From Lophium mytilinum (lineage: Eukaryota), in the NCBI GenBank assembly GCA_010093605.1, contig MU004182.1, positions 2,403,195 to 2,467,194 of the forward strand: a stretch of DNA of 64,000 nt, given 5' to 3'. The notes beneath the pieces were generated by a model that searched no databases, was not told the origin of the DNA, and worked only from the letters and a program-made list of their open reading frames with translations. A program made the translations under genes and the position numbers. Positions 26,442-37,821 of this stretch are shown one piece after another (the first letter of the stretch is position 1; every line of letters begins with the position of its first letter).

Positions 26442-26991
26442 AGTGATTGTTCCGCAGGGGAACTGGTACCCAAAAGTGTTGCAACAGTAGAATTACTCAT
26501 TTTCGAATCTGAGTCTTGATATTGATGATGTATCGGTGCAAGTGACCCATTGGAAGCAGGCTGACGCCGTTTAACTGTGATGAACGTGACACCATAAGGA
26601 GAATTCAAATCGCTATGACTTGATGGGAGAATACACAAAATACCAACTTCGGAGTTTGGATATACTTTGCCGCTGAATTTCTAAGCACCTCTTCGGACCT
26701 GCGTTTTAACGCTCAGAAAGTGGATCGAGATAACGGCAGAACGGCATGCAGGATGCAAAAGTGTGGGTACTAAGCTAACGTCTCTAGCCTACATGATCAC
26801 TGCATTCGGAATATAAGGAAGTTATGGCGACATCGTCGCGAAGTCGGCTTTGGATGATCTCGCGGGGGCCGTGTGACACGCTTGAACCTTGAATCAACGA
26901 CTCGAGCAAGTGGGGATAATACACACATGAATACATACCTCACACTTCATAATAGTCAAGCATAACCCCATCACCTCTTTTATTCAACAAA

Positions 26992-28275
26992 ATGGCTCCT
27001 TCACTCGAAACCCCCGAAGCGACACCCGTGTCCAAAGCCCAACAGCGACGAAAACCGCTGAAACCAACCAGGCTCTTGGATCAATTCAAGCAAAGAGACC
27101 TTACAGCGGTAATCGGCACCGAATTCCACGACATCAATCTCGTAGACTGGCTACACGCACCAAACTCCGATGAGCTCCTACGAGATCTCGCTTACAAAAG
27201 TAAATCGACCATTCTCCTCAATCCACGTCTACCAAACTTACAAGCAAAGTCTCCGAACGCAACGTCGTCGTCTTCCGCAAACAAGACGCACTCAACAATG
27301 ATCTCCAAAAAGAGCTGGTGCAACGTCTGGGCGAGCTGTCCGGAAAACCCAGCACATCTAAACTCCACATTCACCCAACCGTAAACATCGGCGCGTCAGA
27401 CGGCGCGACGAAAGACAAAGAAATCAGCGTGATCGACTCAACCCGCGGCCGTATCATCTTCAAAGGCGTCCAGGACCGCGAAACTATCAAGGCGAGCAAC
27501 ACTGACCAGTGGCACTCTGATATCACATTCGAGCCCGTGCCGAGTGATTATGCGGTTCTAAGGCTGACGAAGCTGCCGAGAACCGGTGGAGGTAGGAAAT
27601 CCCAGTTGTAGAACTGAGCTTAGGTGCAATGCTGATATCAATAGACACCATGTTCGCGTCTGGCTACGACGTCTTCGACCGCATTTCCCCCCCGTATCAG
27701 AAGTTCCTCGAATCTCTAACCGCAACCTACGGCCAGCCAAAATTCGGCAAAGCAGCCGCCATCAACGGTTACAAGCTATTCACCGAAGAGCGCGGGGCTC
27801 CAGAGAACGTGGGCGACGATCTCAGCGCCATCCATCCCGTGATCCGCACGAACCCCGTGACGGGGTGGAAGTCGGTGTTTTCGGTTGGCCACCACGTGCA
27901 GCACATCAACGGGGTTACGGAGCAGGAGTCGAAGGCCTTACTCGATTGGTTCTTGAGGTTGATTGTGGAGAACCATGATTTGCAAGTCAGAGTGCATTGG
28001 GATAATGAGAATGACGTCGTTATTTGGGATAAGTGAGTGTCACATGAGATGGAGAGATTGGGGATGACGACTGACCTGGTGATAGCCGCTCTACATACCA
28101 TGCTGCGACTCCGGATTATCAGGGACTTGGGACGAGGACTGGCCAGCGTGCGGTGAGTCTGGGTGAGAGGCCGTACTTGGATCCGGAGAGCGTTTCGAGG
28201 AGAGAAGACCTTTCGAAGGTTGAAGACAGTAATATTGCGCTTTTAAAGACAACTACCGCGGGCGGAGAAGTATAG
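26992..28275 (+). CDS. TauD/JLP1-family alpha-ketoglutarate-dependent sulfonate dioxygenase (copy 2, 3 introns)
   Basis: DLTAVIGTEF, WHSDITFEPVPSDY, GGDTMFASGY, HPVIRTNPVTGWKS, IWDNRSTYHAAT and GERPYLDP. Stop TAG at 28273-28275. Confidence 0.92.
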
Positions 28276-28945
28276 GATGATTTTGAGAGAGTAGGGGAAT
28301 AAGAGAATGGTTAATCCCGATTCGCAAACCGTGTAACGAAGCAAAAATCCTCAACAAACCTTACCAGTGTGTATCAAGGTATCAAGTCTTTCTGGATTCC
28401 ACATCCTGAATTTGGCCGTAGAAGTCCATCGATATAATACGAACCAGTTGCGACATTGTACGCTTAGCTTTGCTAGGTCGAAAAGTCTCTTGCAGCATAT
28501 AGACGTTCGCATCTTGCCTTACTGTGTAAAAGTACCCTACGGAAGCCGACGGGCCGATATGTGTAATAAAGGACGGGAAAGTGAAGGATGAGAAGATGAG
28601 AAGTTCGCGTAATCTATCTGTCCAAAACGCCACTACGCCTTCCCTAATGTACCTAGTCTAACTTGCATCCCACTCCTAGCTCCACTACTCTGCTTTCGGT
28701 TTTCTGTCGCGTCATTCAAACACGTGCATCTTCTCCGCCTTCTAACAACCAGGGAGCCTAATAGGTTTGCTCAAGTGACAATTGTGGTTCAATTCGCAGA
28801 CCGCTTGAATTTCAAGTGGGTACGCTCAATTTATTTAGAGACAACCTCAACCAAGATTAGACACCACAGCTTCCATGCCTCCAAGAACGGTATTGTCAAA
28901 CTGCTAGAAAGGCCGGAAGAGGCTACTTTCTCCCTGTTACCAATT

Positions 28946-30364
28946 ATGCTTTCCTACATTCTAAATCTCCTTCCATTAACTCCGTTCACCCCTTCTCCAT
29001 CCACAATCTCAACAATTCAAACCCCCTCCCCATTGATCCACGCGGCCTCCACAGCCCAACCTGCCCTCTCCCCCGTCTCAAACATCCAAGGCCATGCCTA
29101 CAACCGCTTTATCCAAATATGGCTCGAGAACACCGACTACTCTCTCGCCGCCGGCGACCCCAGCATCGCCTGGCTCTCTACGCACGGCATCACCCTCACA
29201 AACTACTGGGCCGTTACCCACCCTTCACAGCCCAACTACCTCGCCAGCGTCTCCGGCGACCATTTCGGCCTCTCGAGCGACGGCTACATCGCCGTCCCCT
29301 CCAACATCGCCACCGTCGCCGATCTCCTCGACACCAAGGGAATCTCTTGGGGCGAATACCAAGAAGACATGCCGTATGCGGGGTTCAAGTACATCAGCTA
29401 CGAGAACCCGCAAAATGGCAAAGATGACTACGTGCGGAAGCACAATCCGCTCATCATGCTCGAGTCTGTAACGCAGAACGACACGCGGCTGTCTTTAATA
29501 AAGAGCTTCACGTCTTTCGCGTCAGACCTCGCGGCGGAGACGCTACCGCAATGGGCGTTTATAACGCCGAATATGACCAACGACGGCCACGACTCTTCTA
29601 TCACCACAGCCGCCCTATGGGCGCGAAGGTTCCTTAAGCCGCTTCTTAGCAACGCGTATTTCATGAAGGATACGCTTGTGCTGCTCACGTTTGATGAGAA
29701 CGAACACTACGAATCCCCTAACCAGGTCTTCTCGCTCTTACTCGGCGGCGCGGTTCCAGAGGCTTCGAAAGGGTCGGAGGATGATACGTTCTACACGCAC
29801 TATAGCGCCCTCTCGTCTCTCCAGGCCAACTTCGGGCTCCCCTCCCTCGGCCGTTGGGATTGTGGCGCCAATATTTTCGCGCTCGTAGCTGATAAAGTCG
29901 GGTACGCGAATTGGGCTGTTGATACAACGGGGTTAGATTTCAGTCACTCGTATCCTGGGCCGATGTCTCCGATTGAGTCACAGCAGGCCTGGCCGGTACC
30001 TAATACAAACGCGAAATGTGCTGCGGGATACGGGGTGTTGGGCAAGGTGGTGACGGCATGGGGGAAGAGTGATGGAAGCTTGAACTATACGAATCCGTAC
30101 CCGTATGATGATGGGTCGGGGACGGATGCGGGTGGGAGCGTGAGCAGGTTGCCTGCTCCTATTCAGACCGCGAAGACAGCGAATTTGGTGCAAAGTGGGA
30201 CCGGTGGTCCTAGTCAGGCGGCATCGAAGACGACGGCGATGGAGCAGGGTAGAACTCTATCTAGTGCGGCCGGTGTGGCAGCTACATACACTGCGGGAGC
30301 TGTGAAATCGAAAAAGAGCAGCCTTGGGCTTTGGGGTGGACCATGGCTGCCGTGGGGTCGATGA
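28946..30364 (+). CDS. Acid phosphatase, phosphoesterase family (PhoA/PHO610-like)
   Basis: IWLENTDY, THPSQPNY, YVRKHNP, TPNMTNDGHD, TFDENE and YTHYS. Intronless, with a Ser/Thr/Ala-rich tail. Confidence 0.9.
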   Translation: MLSYILNLLPLTPFTPSPSTISTIQTPSPLIHAASTAQPALSPVSNIQGHAYNRFIQIWLENTDYSLAAGDPSIAWLSTHGITLTNYWAVTHPSQPNYLASVSGDHFGLSSDGYIAVPSNIATVADLLDTKGISWGEYQEDMPYAGFKYISYENPQNGKDDYVRKHNPLIMLESVTQNDTRLSLIKSFTSFASDLAAETLPQWAFITPNMTNDGHDSSITTAALWARRFLKPLLSNAYFMKDTLVLLTFDENEHYESPNQVFSLLLGGAVPEASKGSEDDTFYTHYSALSSLQANFGLPSLGRWDCGANIFALVADKVGYANWAVDTTGLDFSHSYPGPMSPIESQQAWPVPNTNAKCAAGYGVLGKVVTAWGKSDGSLNYTNPYPYDDGSGTDAGGSVSRLPAPIQTAKTANLVQSGTGGPSQAASKTTAMEQGRTLSSAAGVAATYTAGAVKSKKSSLGLWGGPWLPWGR

Positions 30365-30524
30365 CTGGGTATTCGTAGCATAAGAAAGATGACTAGTAGG
30401 GAATATATCTCCAGGACTAAAAACATGAAAGAAGCGTTCAACATCACTCATCAATGGGAGGACCCCTGAATTCTAACCGTTGCTATCTGTACAGTTCTAA
30501 AAGATAATTAACTACAGGACCTTA

Positions 30525-31828
30525 CTATAGACCCTTCTCCTTCCCGTCGGTATCTTTCTCCTTTGTCTCGGTCTCGGTGCCCTTCGCTTCCACCTCAACC
30601 CCCTTACCCTCCACCACAGTCACATTTCCGCTCTCGCCCTCTTTCTGTCCAACAATACTCGCCCACTCTGGCGCCGGCACACTCAACAGCCGACACACAT
30701 CTCTCCGCCTCTGCCTAAACCCATCATACAGCTCCTTCCACACCACCCTCTCGCGACACGTCCCCACATGACTCCCCCCACAATCCGGCTGCATCGCCGC
30801 CAGCCCCTCCAGCGGCCACATAATCCACGGCTTTGGCAGCGGCCAGTCCGAGAAATGCACCAGCTTCGCCTCCTTCAGCGCCTTATCCGCATCCCACGTC
30901 TCATACTCGTTCCCTAAGTATGTAGAGTGATTATGCGCCCGGAACTCCCCGCTCAGCAGCGCATACGGCCGGTGCGGCAGGACCAGCGCCGAGTCACCGA
31001 AGCGGTCGTTGACGAGGTCCATGTCGTACCGGCGGGATGTGACAACGTCCGCGGCGGCACCAGCGGCGATGAGGGCTTTGAAGGCTTCAAGCTCGCGTGG
31101 ATTCGGCGTGAGGAGCATCAGGAGGGAGGTCAAGGGCCAGGGCTTGTATATGGTCCAGTAGGCGCGGGGCATGGCGATGGGGGTGGGCGGGAGGAGGAAG
31201 AGTTCGTCGAGGGGCTGGAGGAGAGTAATGTCGGAGTCGAGGTGGAGGACGCGCTTGTACTGGGTTAGGCCGAAGGCGAGGAATTTGGTCACGGAGTTGT
31301 CCCAGGTAGTCTTTGGAGCGTCTGGGAGGGATAGCATGCTGGCTCTGCTGTAAAGAGGGTTGGAATGTACGTACTGGCTTCTTTTAATGCTTCTACGCTT
31401 AGCAGCTTCACGGGCTGCAGCTTGACTTTGTATACATCCCGCGCCATGACTAGCAACTGGCTATCTCGGTCCCTTGAATTGTACACTTCCGTGTCCCAGT
31501 ACTCCGGATAGAATAGCACGCGGTCTGCTTTGCTCCCGAATCGCTTCAGGGCGTCGAAGACGAGGACGGAATGGCAGAGGGCGGCGCCGTCGGTCGCATA
31601 GAGGCTGTACGCGTATTGCGACCATTTTGTGCCATCGGGGGCGTAGTCACTGTCAGAGGACGTAGACCAGATATTTCTGTACAGGAGGTACAGCAAGAGG
31701 AGGCCGAGGATAGCTAAGGTGCGAGAACGCCGCAGGGGCCATCTGTACGACGGATCGCCATGGCGGGACTTGACCGGCGTATAGAATCGCGGTAGGTCGT
31801 CGTTGCGCTTGATGCTACCTGTAGGCAT
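30525..31828 (-). CDS. GNT1: Golgi GT8 N-acetylglucosaminyltransferase, Gnt1-like
   Basis: Type II TM anchor, YAYSLYAT, TWDNSVTKFLAF, DxD motif LDSDI, AMPRAYW, YALLSGEFR and HFSDWPLPKPW. One intron near 31343-31374. Confidence 0.85.
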
Positions 31829-32223
31829 GCTACAGGTCGAGATGGTGGGTTTTCAGGGCATGGTCATGAATTGGTCGCAAAAGGAGCCGCAAGGGAAGGT
31901 CGGACGGATGCTCGGAGGTCACTTACCACGCTCAACCAATGGGGTTAGCCGTCACGTGGAAATACATATATTCTCCAGATACGAGCATGAAATAGTTAAT
32001 TCACAGGTTCACGTGCAGCAAAGCTAAAGGTTTGTTTGTCCCTCATGTGGGTATCGTATTTTGGCATAGCTTCCTACTCGTGCGCCGGACCCGGCCAGCA
32101 CTTGGTTTCGTGATCCCGGATATCCTTTGCAGCATTCCAAACCAGCCTTCGCAACCCCAGCCGTGATTCTCGTGCATTTTGAGGTATGAACTGAACATTG
32201 TCGAGTCATTCGTTTCGAGATAT

Positions 32224-32907
32224 CTACTCCTCGGGGATCTCAATCTCGCCAGACTCAATGTCGTCCGAGATATCCTTGGGGCTCCGGCCATCAATTTGGC
32301 AGCCCGTGCTGTACGCAGTGCCTACGATCTCCTTGACGGTGCCCTTGAGGTCCTTGGCCATCGACTTGAAGCGCATGGTGCGGGCGATCTCGATGATCTC
32401 GTCGAGTGGGATGGACTTGGTGTGCTTGATGTTCTTCTCCTTCTTCCTGTCGCGCGGGGGCTCCTTGAGGGCCTTGATGACGAGGGAGGAAGCGGATGGG
32501 ACGACCGAGACAGCGGCTTGACGGTTCTGGATGGTGAGCTTCACAGTCACGCGCTAAATGGTCCTGTTAGCTCGTTGTCGTCGAGAGTACTGCGTGTAGA
32601 CTTACAAGTCCCTTCCAGTCACCAGTCGCCTTCGCGATATCTTCTCCGACCTTCTTAGGAGAGAGACCAAGAGGCTGCAATTGTCAGTATGGCGAGTCGA
32701 GATTGATATCAAGACCTGGGAGACCACTTACACCAATCTTGGGGGCCAAGGCAGAGGAAGCGCCGACCTCACCTCCGGTGGCGCGGAGGTGGATGACCTT
32801 GATTTCATTGGGATCGAACTTGGGAGCTGTGCGGACGAGAGTGGTCAGCGGAGGACGGGTAGCCGAGACTCAAAAGCCTGGTCATCGGAAGGATGATACT
32901 CACGCAT
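32224..32907 (-). CDS. RPL12: 60S ribosomal protein L12 (uL11)
   Basis: 4-nt first exon ATGC, then [31 protein letters not shown] ... [22 protein letters not shown]. Three introns. Confidence 0.97.
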
Positions 32908-33695
32908 GGCTAGTGCGAGAGGTGGTCAATCTCTTCTGATTTTCTTGACGATGTGGAGGGTGGTGTATCGTTGGATGATGTTGAAGATTTGGAGTTGGAT
33001 ACTTTCCGTGGGGAGAGCTAAGCGAGACTAGCGTTAGGACTGGATAGGGTGTCGCTTAGGTAAGCTGCACTACAGCCGTGGAGTTCCGCTTTGGCTACCT
33101 TATGGCCTTTCCCTGGTTCCTTCGCACTGAGTTCGAACGGAGTAGGCAGTATCTCCGCGCCGAACTACGTGCCTACTCGCATCTGTAGACAATGCTATGT
33201 CAAAACCATATCCTTACATCGTGGCTGTCTATTGGTCGATTCAAGGCAACTGGGTACTGTGGTATAAGAAATCCTTTAGCTAGGGTAAGCGGAAGGGCTG
33301 ACTCCTCCGGCAGGGAGCCGGGGCCTTGTTACGTCCGTAGTGAGGGGAAGCAGGGCTTCGCTATATAAGAAGTGCACTCGTCTCACTGCATTTCTTGTCA
33401 AGTCCTACAGTCAAGTCCTACGCTTTCACGGTGCAAGAATCATAACATCGTTAGTTAGGTGTCTATACCTCCCTATTTGCCCTATATTTCTTCGTCCAGA
33501 TACTCAATAGCCTCGACAACTTTGGCCCATAAGGTGCCGCCTGAGTCTCATACGCTACATCGCTGGGCCCACTTTAATAGCGTCAGCTCGTAAAGTCAGA
33601 GCAACATTTCATAAACCTCGGGATTTTAGCAAGCAAATCCAAGAATTCCCGAGAGGACATTGCTCGAAATTTAGTTTCCCTTCTCTTTATCTGTC

Positions 33696-34946
33696 ATGTC
33701 TTCCATTCCATCTATTCAAGTTCTTGAGAAGGCAGACTACACCAAACAACACATCGTCTCCCTTCCCAATGCCCTACCCCTTCCTCCCTTAGCGCCCTCA
33801 TCCATTCGCATTCAAACCTCCATCATCGCCCTCACTATCAATAACTTCACCTATGCGCGCCTCGGCCACCTAATCGGTTGGTGGAACATCCATCTCCTGC
33901 CCGAATCTATCCCCACCGAATTCAGCGATACTGCCAAATTCGGCCGTATATCCGGCTGGGGCTATGCCTCCGTCATCGAAAGCAACGTCCCAAACGTCCC
34001 CGTGGGTCATCTAGTCTATGGCTACATCCCCATTGGCACGCTCCCCGAAGACCTGGAGATCAAGCCCGCGAAAACGACAAATACGATCATCTGTACAAAC
34101 CCCCACAGACAGCACGCCTGGACTATCTACAACCGTTACAGCGTCTATCCTCCAAGCTCAACCACCAACCCTACGAATGAAGCCTCCCACGGCTGGGATG
34201 CGCTGATGCGCGGTCTATTCGACACCGGCCGCGTCATGAACCAGTACGTGCTCGCCTGGGACGACGCCAAACGAGTCGATGCTGGCGGTGTCCGCTCCCC
34301 CTCATGGACTGCCTCCGACGCCGACATCAGCGACGCCGCCATCGTTGTCCTCTCCGCCTCTGGCAAGACCTCAACCAGCTTCGCCCACCAACTCCGCCAC
34401 AACCGCCCCAAAGCCGCCCAGCCGAAACTCTTGCTCGGCGTCTCTTCCCCGCTTTCAATCGACTTCACGAAAAAGACCGGCTTCTGCGACTCCGTACTCC
34501 TCTACTCAGATATCGAAGGCGCCAGAACCGCCATCGCGGCTGCCGGCGTCTCCAAAATCCTCCTTGTTGACTTCGCTGCCCGCGACGGGGTTGTTGAGAG
34601 CTGGCACGCGGCGCTCTCACCCATGGTACCCACGCTCATATATCTGGCCGTGGGTGGGACTTCGAAGGTATCTACGAATGAGGAAATCATTGCCGGGATG
34701 GAGAAGCGGGCAGCTCTGGGGTTGCGACAAGTGAACGTGTCGACGATACGAGATGCGGGGCGGGCGATGGGGGCGCAGGCGTTTCAGGATGAAGGAGAGG
34801 CGGCTTGGGATGAATTTAAGCGCGAAGGCGCGATTCCGGGGGTGGATTTGAGATGGGGGGACGGGATGGAGGATTGGGCGAAGGCTTGGGATGCATTGGC
34901 CAAGGAGGAGATTGGGCCGAATACTGGGTTGGTGTTTAAGTTGTAG
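33696..34946 (+). CDS. DUF2855-family protein (putative NAD(P)-binding, MDR-like fold)
   Basis: Intronless 416-aa ORF with NNFTYARLG, ISGWGYASV, VYGYIP, YNRY and LSASGKTS, motifs I recall from DUF2855. Confidence 0.75.
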   Translation: MSSIPSIQVLEKADYTKQHIVSLPNALPLPPLAPSSIRIQTSIIALTINNFTYARLGHLIGWWNIHLLPESIPTEFSDTAKFGRISGWGYASVIESNVPNVPVGHLVYGYIPIGTLPEDLEIKPAKTTNTIICTNPHRQHAWTIYNRYSVYPPSSTTNPTNEASHGWDALMRGLFDTGRVMNQYVLAWDDAKRVDAGGVRSPSWTASDADISDAAIVVLSASGKTSTSFAHQLRHNRPKAAQPKLLLGVSSPLSIDFTKKTGFCDSVLLYSDIEGARTAIAAAGVSKILLVDFAARDGVVESWHAALSPMVPTLIYLAVGGTSKVSTNEEIIAGMEKRAALGLRQVNVSTIRDAGRAMGAQAFQDEGEAAWDEFKREGAIPGVDLRWGDGMEDWAKAWDALAKEEIGPNTGLVFKL

Positions 34947-35738
34947 GAGGGGGTGGCATCTGATGGCTGTTTGACTTGAGGGTTAAGGCGTTGAGCGCAA
35001 TGCGTAGGGGTTTATGTCAACAAGACCTCGAGAGTGATGTTAAAGGAGAGACCACCGATGTAAAGCGCACGGGTTTGTGAAAAAGGAGAGTATCACCTTG
35101 GTAGAGAACGAGAGGAATAACATAGGAACTAGGACTCATTTTGAATATATCGAATGAAGATAACTACCTATAGCAAGCGAGCAAAGCTACTAAGTAGTAA
35201 CACACAGGCCGCTCATGGACATAATGTTGGCGTTTCTTCAACGTTTGGACCCTATGGTCTGCATTTCAACAGAATTGGGAATGGGACGTAGTGGACCTGC
35301 GGACCAACGTGTATCTCTTGACTATTCCCCATGTCCTGAGCATAATACCTCCGGTGATGTGACGAACTACACTTTGCTAACCAGAAGTAGAGAAAACCAA
35401 CTCAAAGACCTGAAAACTCATCGAATATAGCGGTTGCCATATTTTCAACGAGCTACATATGCGGACTGTGTATACCGCTGTGCAAGATGGCCCAGCATGT
35501 TGGCCCCTTTCCCGATATCTTTGATAGTGCGGCGGCCCTGTATTATTAATTCACCTGTTTGTGAACCACGAATAGCTCCCACAGACTATAAATGCCTCCT
35601 GGCGCATACATTGAAGCTAATTCTTCACACCCACAACACGGACACTTCGCGGACCAAACCAACCACTAGAACCGTCACTACCAAAACATTACAGTTTTTT
35701 TTCCTTTACTTTGTCTAGTGGACCCGAACTCCTTCGCT

Positions 35739-37093
35739 ATGCTTTCAACCAAGCAATTGTCGACGCTTGCTACAAGCAAAAATGCCATGACAGAGGAGAT
35801 TAAGGGGGAGACCGAAAAGGTTGCCGAACTTGAGCACAACAAAGGCCCCAATGATGCGGCCGATATTGTCAGTTTCATAGCAGACAACGACGCCCGCCTG
35901 GCTCGTCTCAAGTCGGCGTGTGTCTCTATGGGCCCGCGCGTATTGGCCTGGAATCGTCAGTCAAATGGTTCCCAGTACCCTCACGGGTTAGCCTGGAGCC
36001 ATCGGAAAAATAGTGCTCGCTACCCTCGCGCTCAATATGGTAAGTGAGAGCGGTTTACAACTCAAAAAGAGCACAGCTCAGCTATAACTTAGATGCCCGA
36101 TTTGGATGCCCGCTAGCCTCATACGCCGAGGCCGGCGATGAGATACTCAATTCTATGTCTGAATCCACTCCAGCAGAACCGGATCCAAGCGCCGGGGTAG
36201 TCTATGACAGTGCGGCATTCAAGACGACCGAGGTAAACGAAAGTATCCTGTCCAATCCCGTGGGTGCCCTCATTGATGAGGATACCTCCGCTCCCACTAA
36301 AACATTCCTGGCCCCGAAGGACGTGGTCAAAAGCTTTCTGCAGCTGATAAAAGAAGCTGATGGCCAGCCTCGACAAAACCTCGAGGTCAATGACCATGTC
36401 ACTTCGAAGATATTCGACGCCACTCTTACCCCAGACGGATTCGTCTCTGATTCTCTCCGTGAGCCGAGTGAGTATGCCGATGTCGATGATAGTATCATGA
36501 GCATCAGCCGTCACTTCCAAGGGGATTCTTTTTTCCAGATCACTTCGGTCAACTCTCGTCCCGCGTCACGCACGGCGTCTCAGCCTGGCACTCTTCCTGC
36601 GTCCTTGCCCGCTTTGAGCGTTGTCTCTCCCGCTGGACCACGTGTTGTCTCTCCCGCTGGTTCCCATGCTGGCTCTCCCGCTGGCTCCCCCGCTGGCTCC
36701 CCCGCTGAATCTCGCCTAGCGTCTCCCACTGCATCATGTATAATGAACGAGCCCCTTCATCGCACACCCTCCCATACGACCTCCCGCGACAGTCGTCGGA
36801 GCAACGAAACCATCGAAAAAATCGACTTCAACTGCGAGCCCGACCACCCCTACAACACTTACGTCGACATCAGCCTCGATATGGAAAGGTCTCTCTACCA
36901 CAACTGGGAAGAGATCACCGCGGACGAACTCGCTGGTATGGAAGAACAGCCCTCTACTAGGCCCAACGAATCAGGTCCTGAGAAGAGCAAAGTGGTCAAA
37001 GTATGGGGATTCGTGAAGGCCGTTAACAAGTTTGCGTGGGAATACACCGAGGTATTGACCAAGGCGATTAATTACAACAATGGAAAGGCGTAG
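35739..37093 (+). CDS. Orphan hypothetical protein with SPAG tandem repeats
   Basis: ATG at 35739. A 53-nt intron at 36040-36092 (GTAAGT...TTAG) joins ORF 35718-36047 in frame to ORF 36044-37093. No recognisable domain. Confidence 0.6.
36619..36725 (+). repeat. Coding 12-bp tandem repeat (TCYCCCGCTGGY; SPAG)
   Basis: Translates as VVSPAGPRVVSPAGSHAGSPAGSPAGSPAES. Confidence 0.85.
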
Positions 37094-37610
37094 GTGGTGC
37101 TTGCGATGGGGGTTGGTCCTTCCGTGTACACGTATTTGGGTGGTATTTGGGGGAACGTACTGATTTGAAAAGCCTCGAAAATGTCGGTACGTCATTGTGC
37201 GCGTTGGTTAAAGCTGGACTGCTATTTTTCTATATGTAGTTTTACTTAGATGGGTACTACTACATTATCACATCAGCAATCAGTTTGAACTGGAAAAATT
37301 TCGAAATTTGTGTGTGTGAGGCCAATTATGCCGAGAAGGAGAGATGTCTAGGGTACAGTCCGTGGTTGGTCTTCGTTAAGCGCCGGGGCGAAATCGACCC
37401 CCATCCATGGATGAGGCACAGCAATGAGAAACATACTGACCTTATAAAACAGCTCCAGAAAACCGCGCCACTAGAACATAGGCTTCCTGGAATGGTCCTC
37501 TCCCTTTGCTAGGTGTTGCTGCCAAGGGCTTGACGTGCCGGCGGAGAGTCTAGGAAAACGAAGGCCAACCAACGTCATGGTATAATCTTGGATGATTCTG
37601 AAAGGCCTCA

Positions 37611-37810
37611 TATATAGAACTGAATGAAACACGATTGAAAACTCACTTTGCTCTTTAGCCGCCGCTGTATGAGGTGGCTCATGTGATTATTGGAAACCTG
37701 ATCAAAGATGTAAGTAACGATGCAGTATATATGAAACAATCACTTTACTCTTTAGACGCCGCTATATGAGGTGGCTCATGTGATTGTTAAATGTCCGATC
37801 AAAGACGTAG
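37611..37810 (+). repeat. Left inverted-repeat arm: two tandem copies (97-bp period) of a dispersed element
   Basis: The 44-bp cores at 37643-37686 and 37740-37783 match at 41/44 by hand count. Similarity continues to GATCAAAGAYGTA in both copies. Confidence 0.9.
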
Positions 37811-37821
37811 GTGGGCACTCT

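Noticed and set aside
28724..28945. In-frame extension upstream of the acid phosphatase
   Set aside because: Non-ATG start. The hydrophobic leader begins at the ATG at 28946.
33128..33140. GTTCGAA resembling a tRNA T-loop
   Set aside because: No cloverleaf or A-box could be built around it.
37611..37810. Tandem repeat considered as a CRISPR-like array
   Set aside because: Eukaryotic DNA, only two units, the inter-core sequence is itself homologous, and there are no cas genes.
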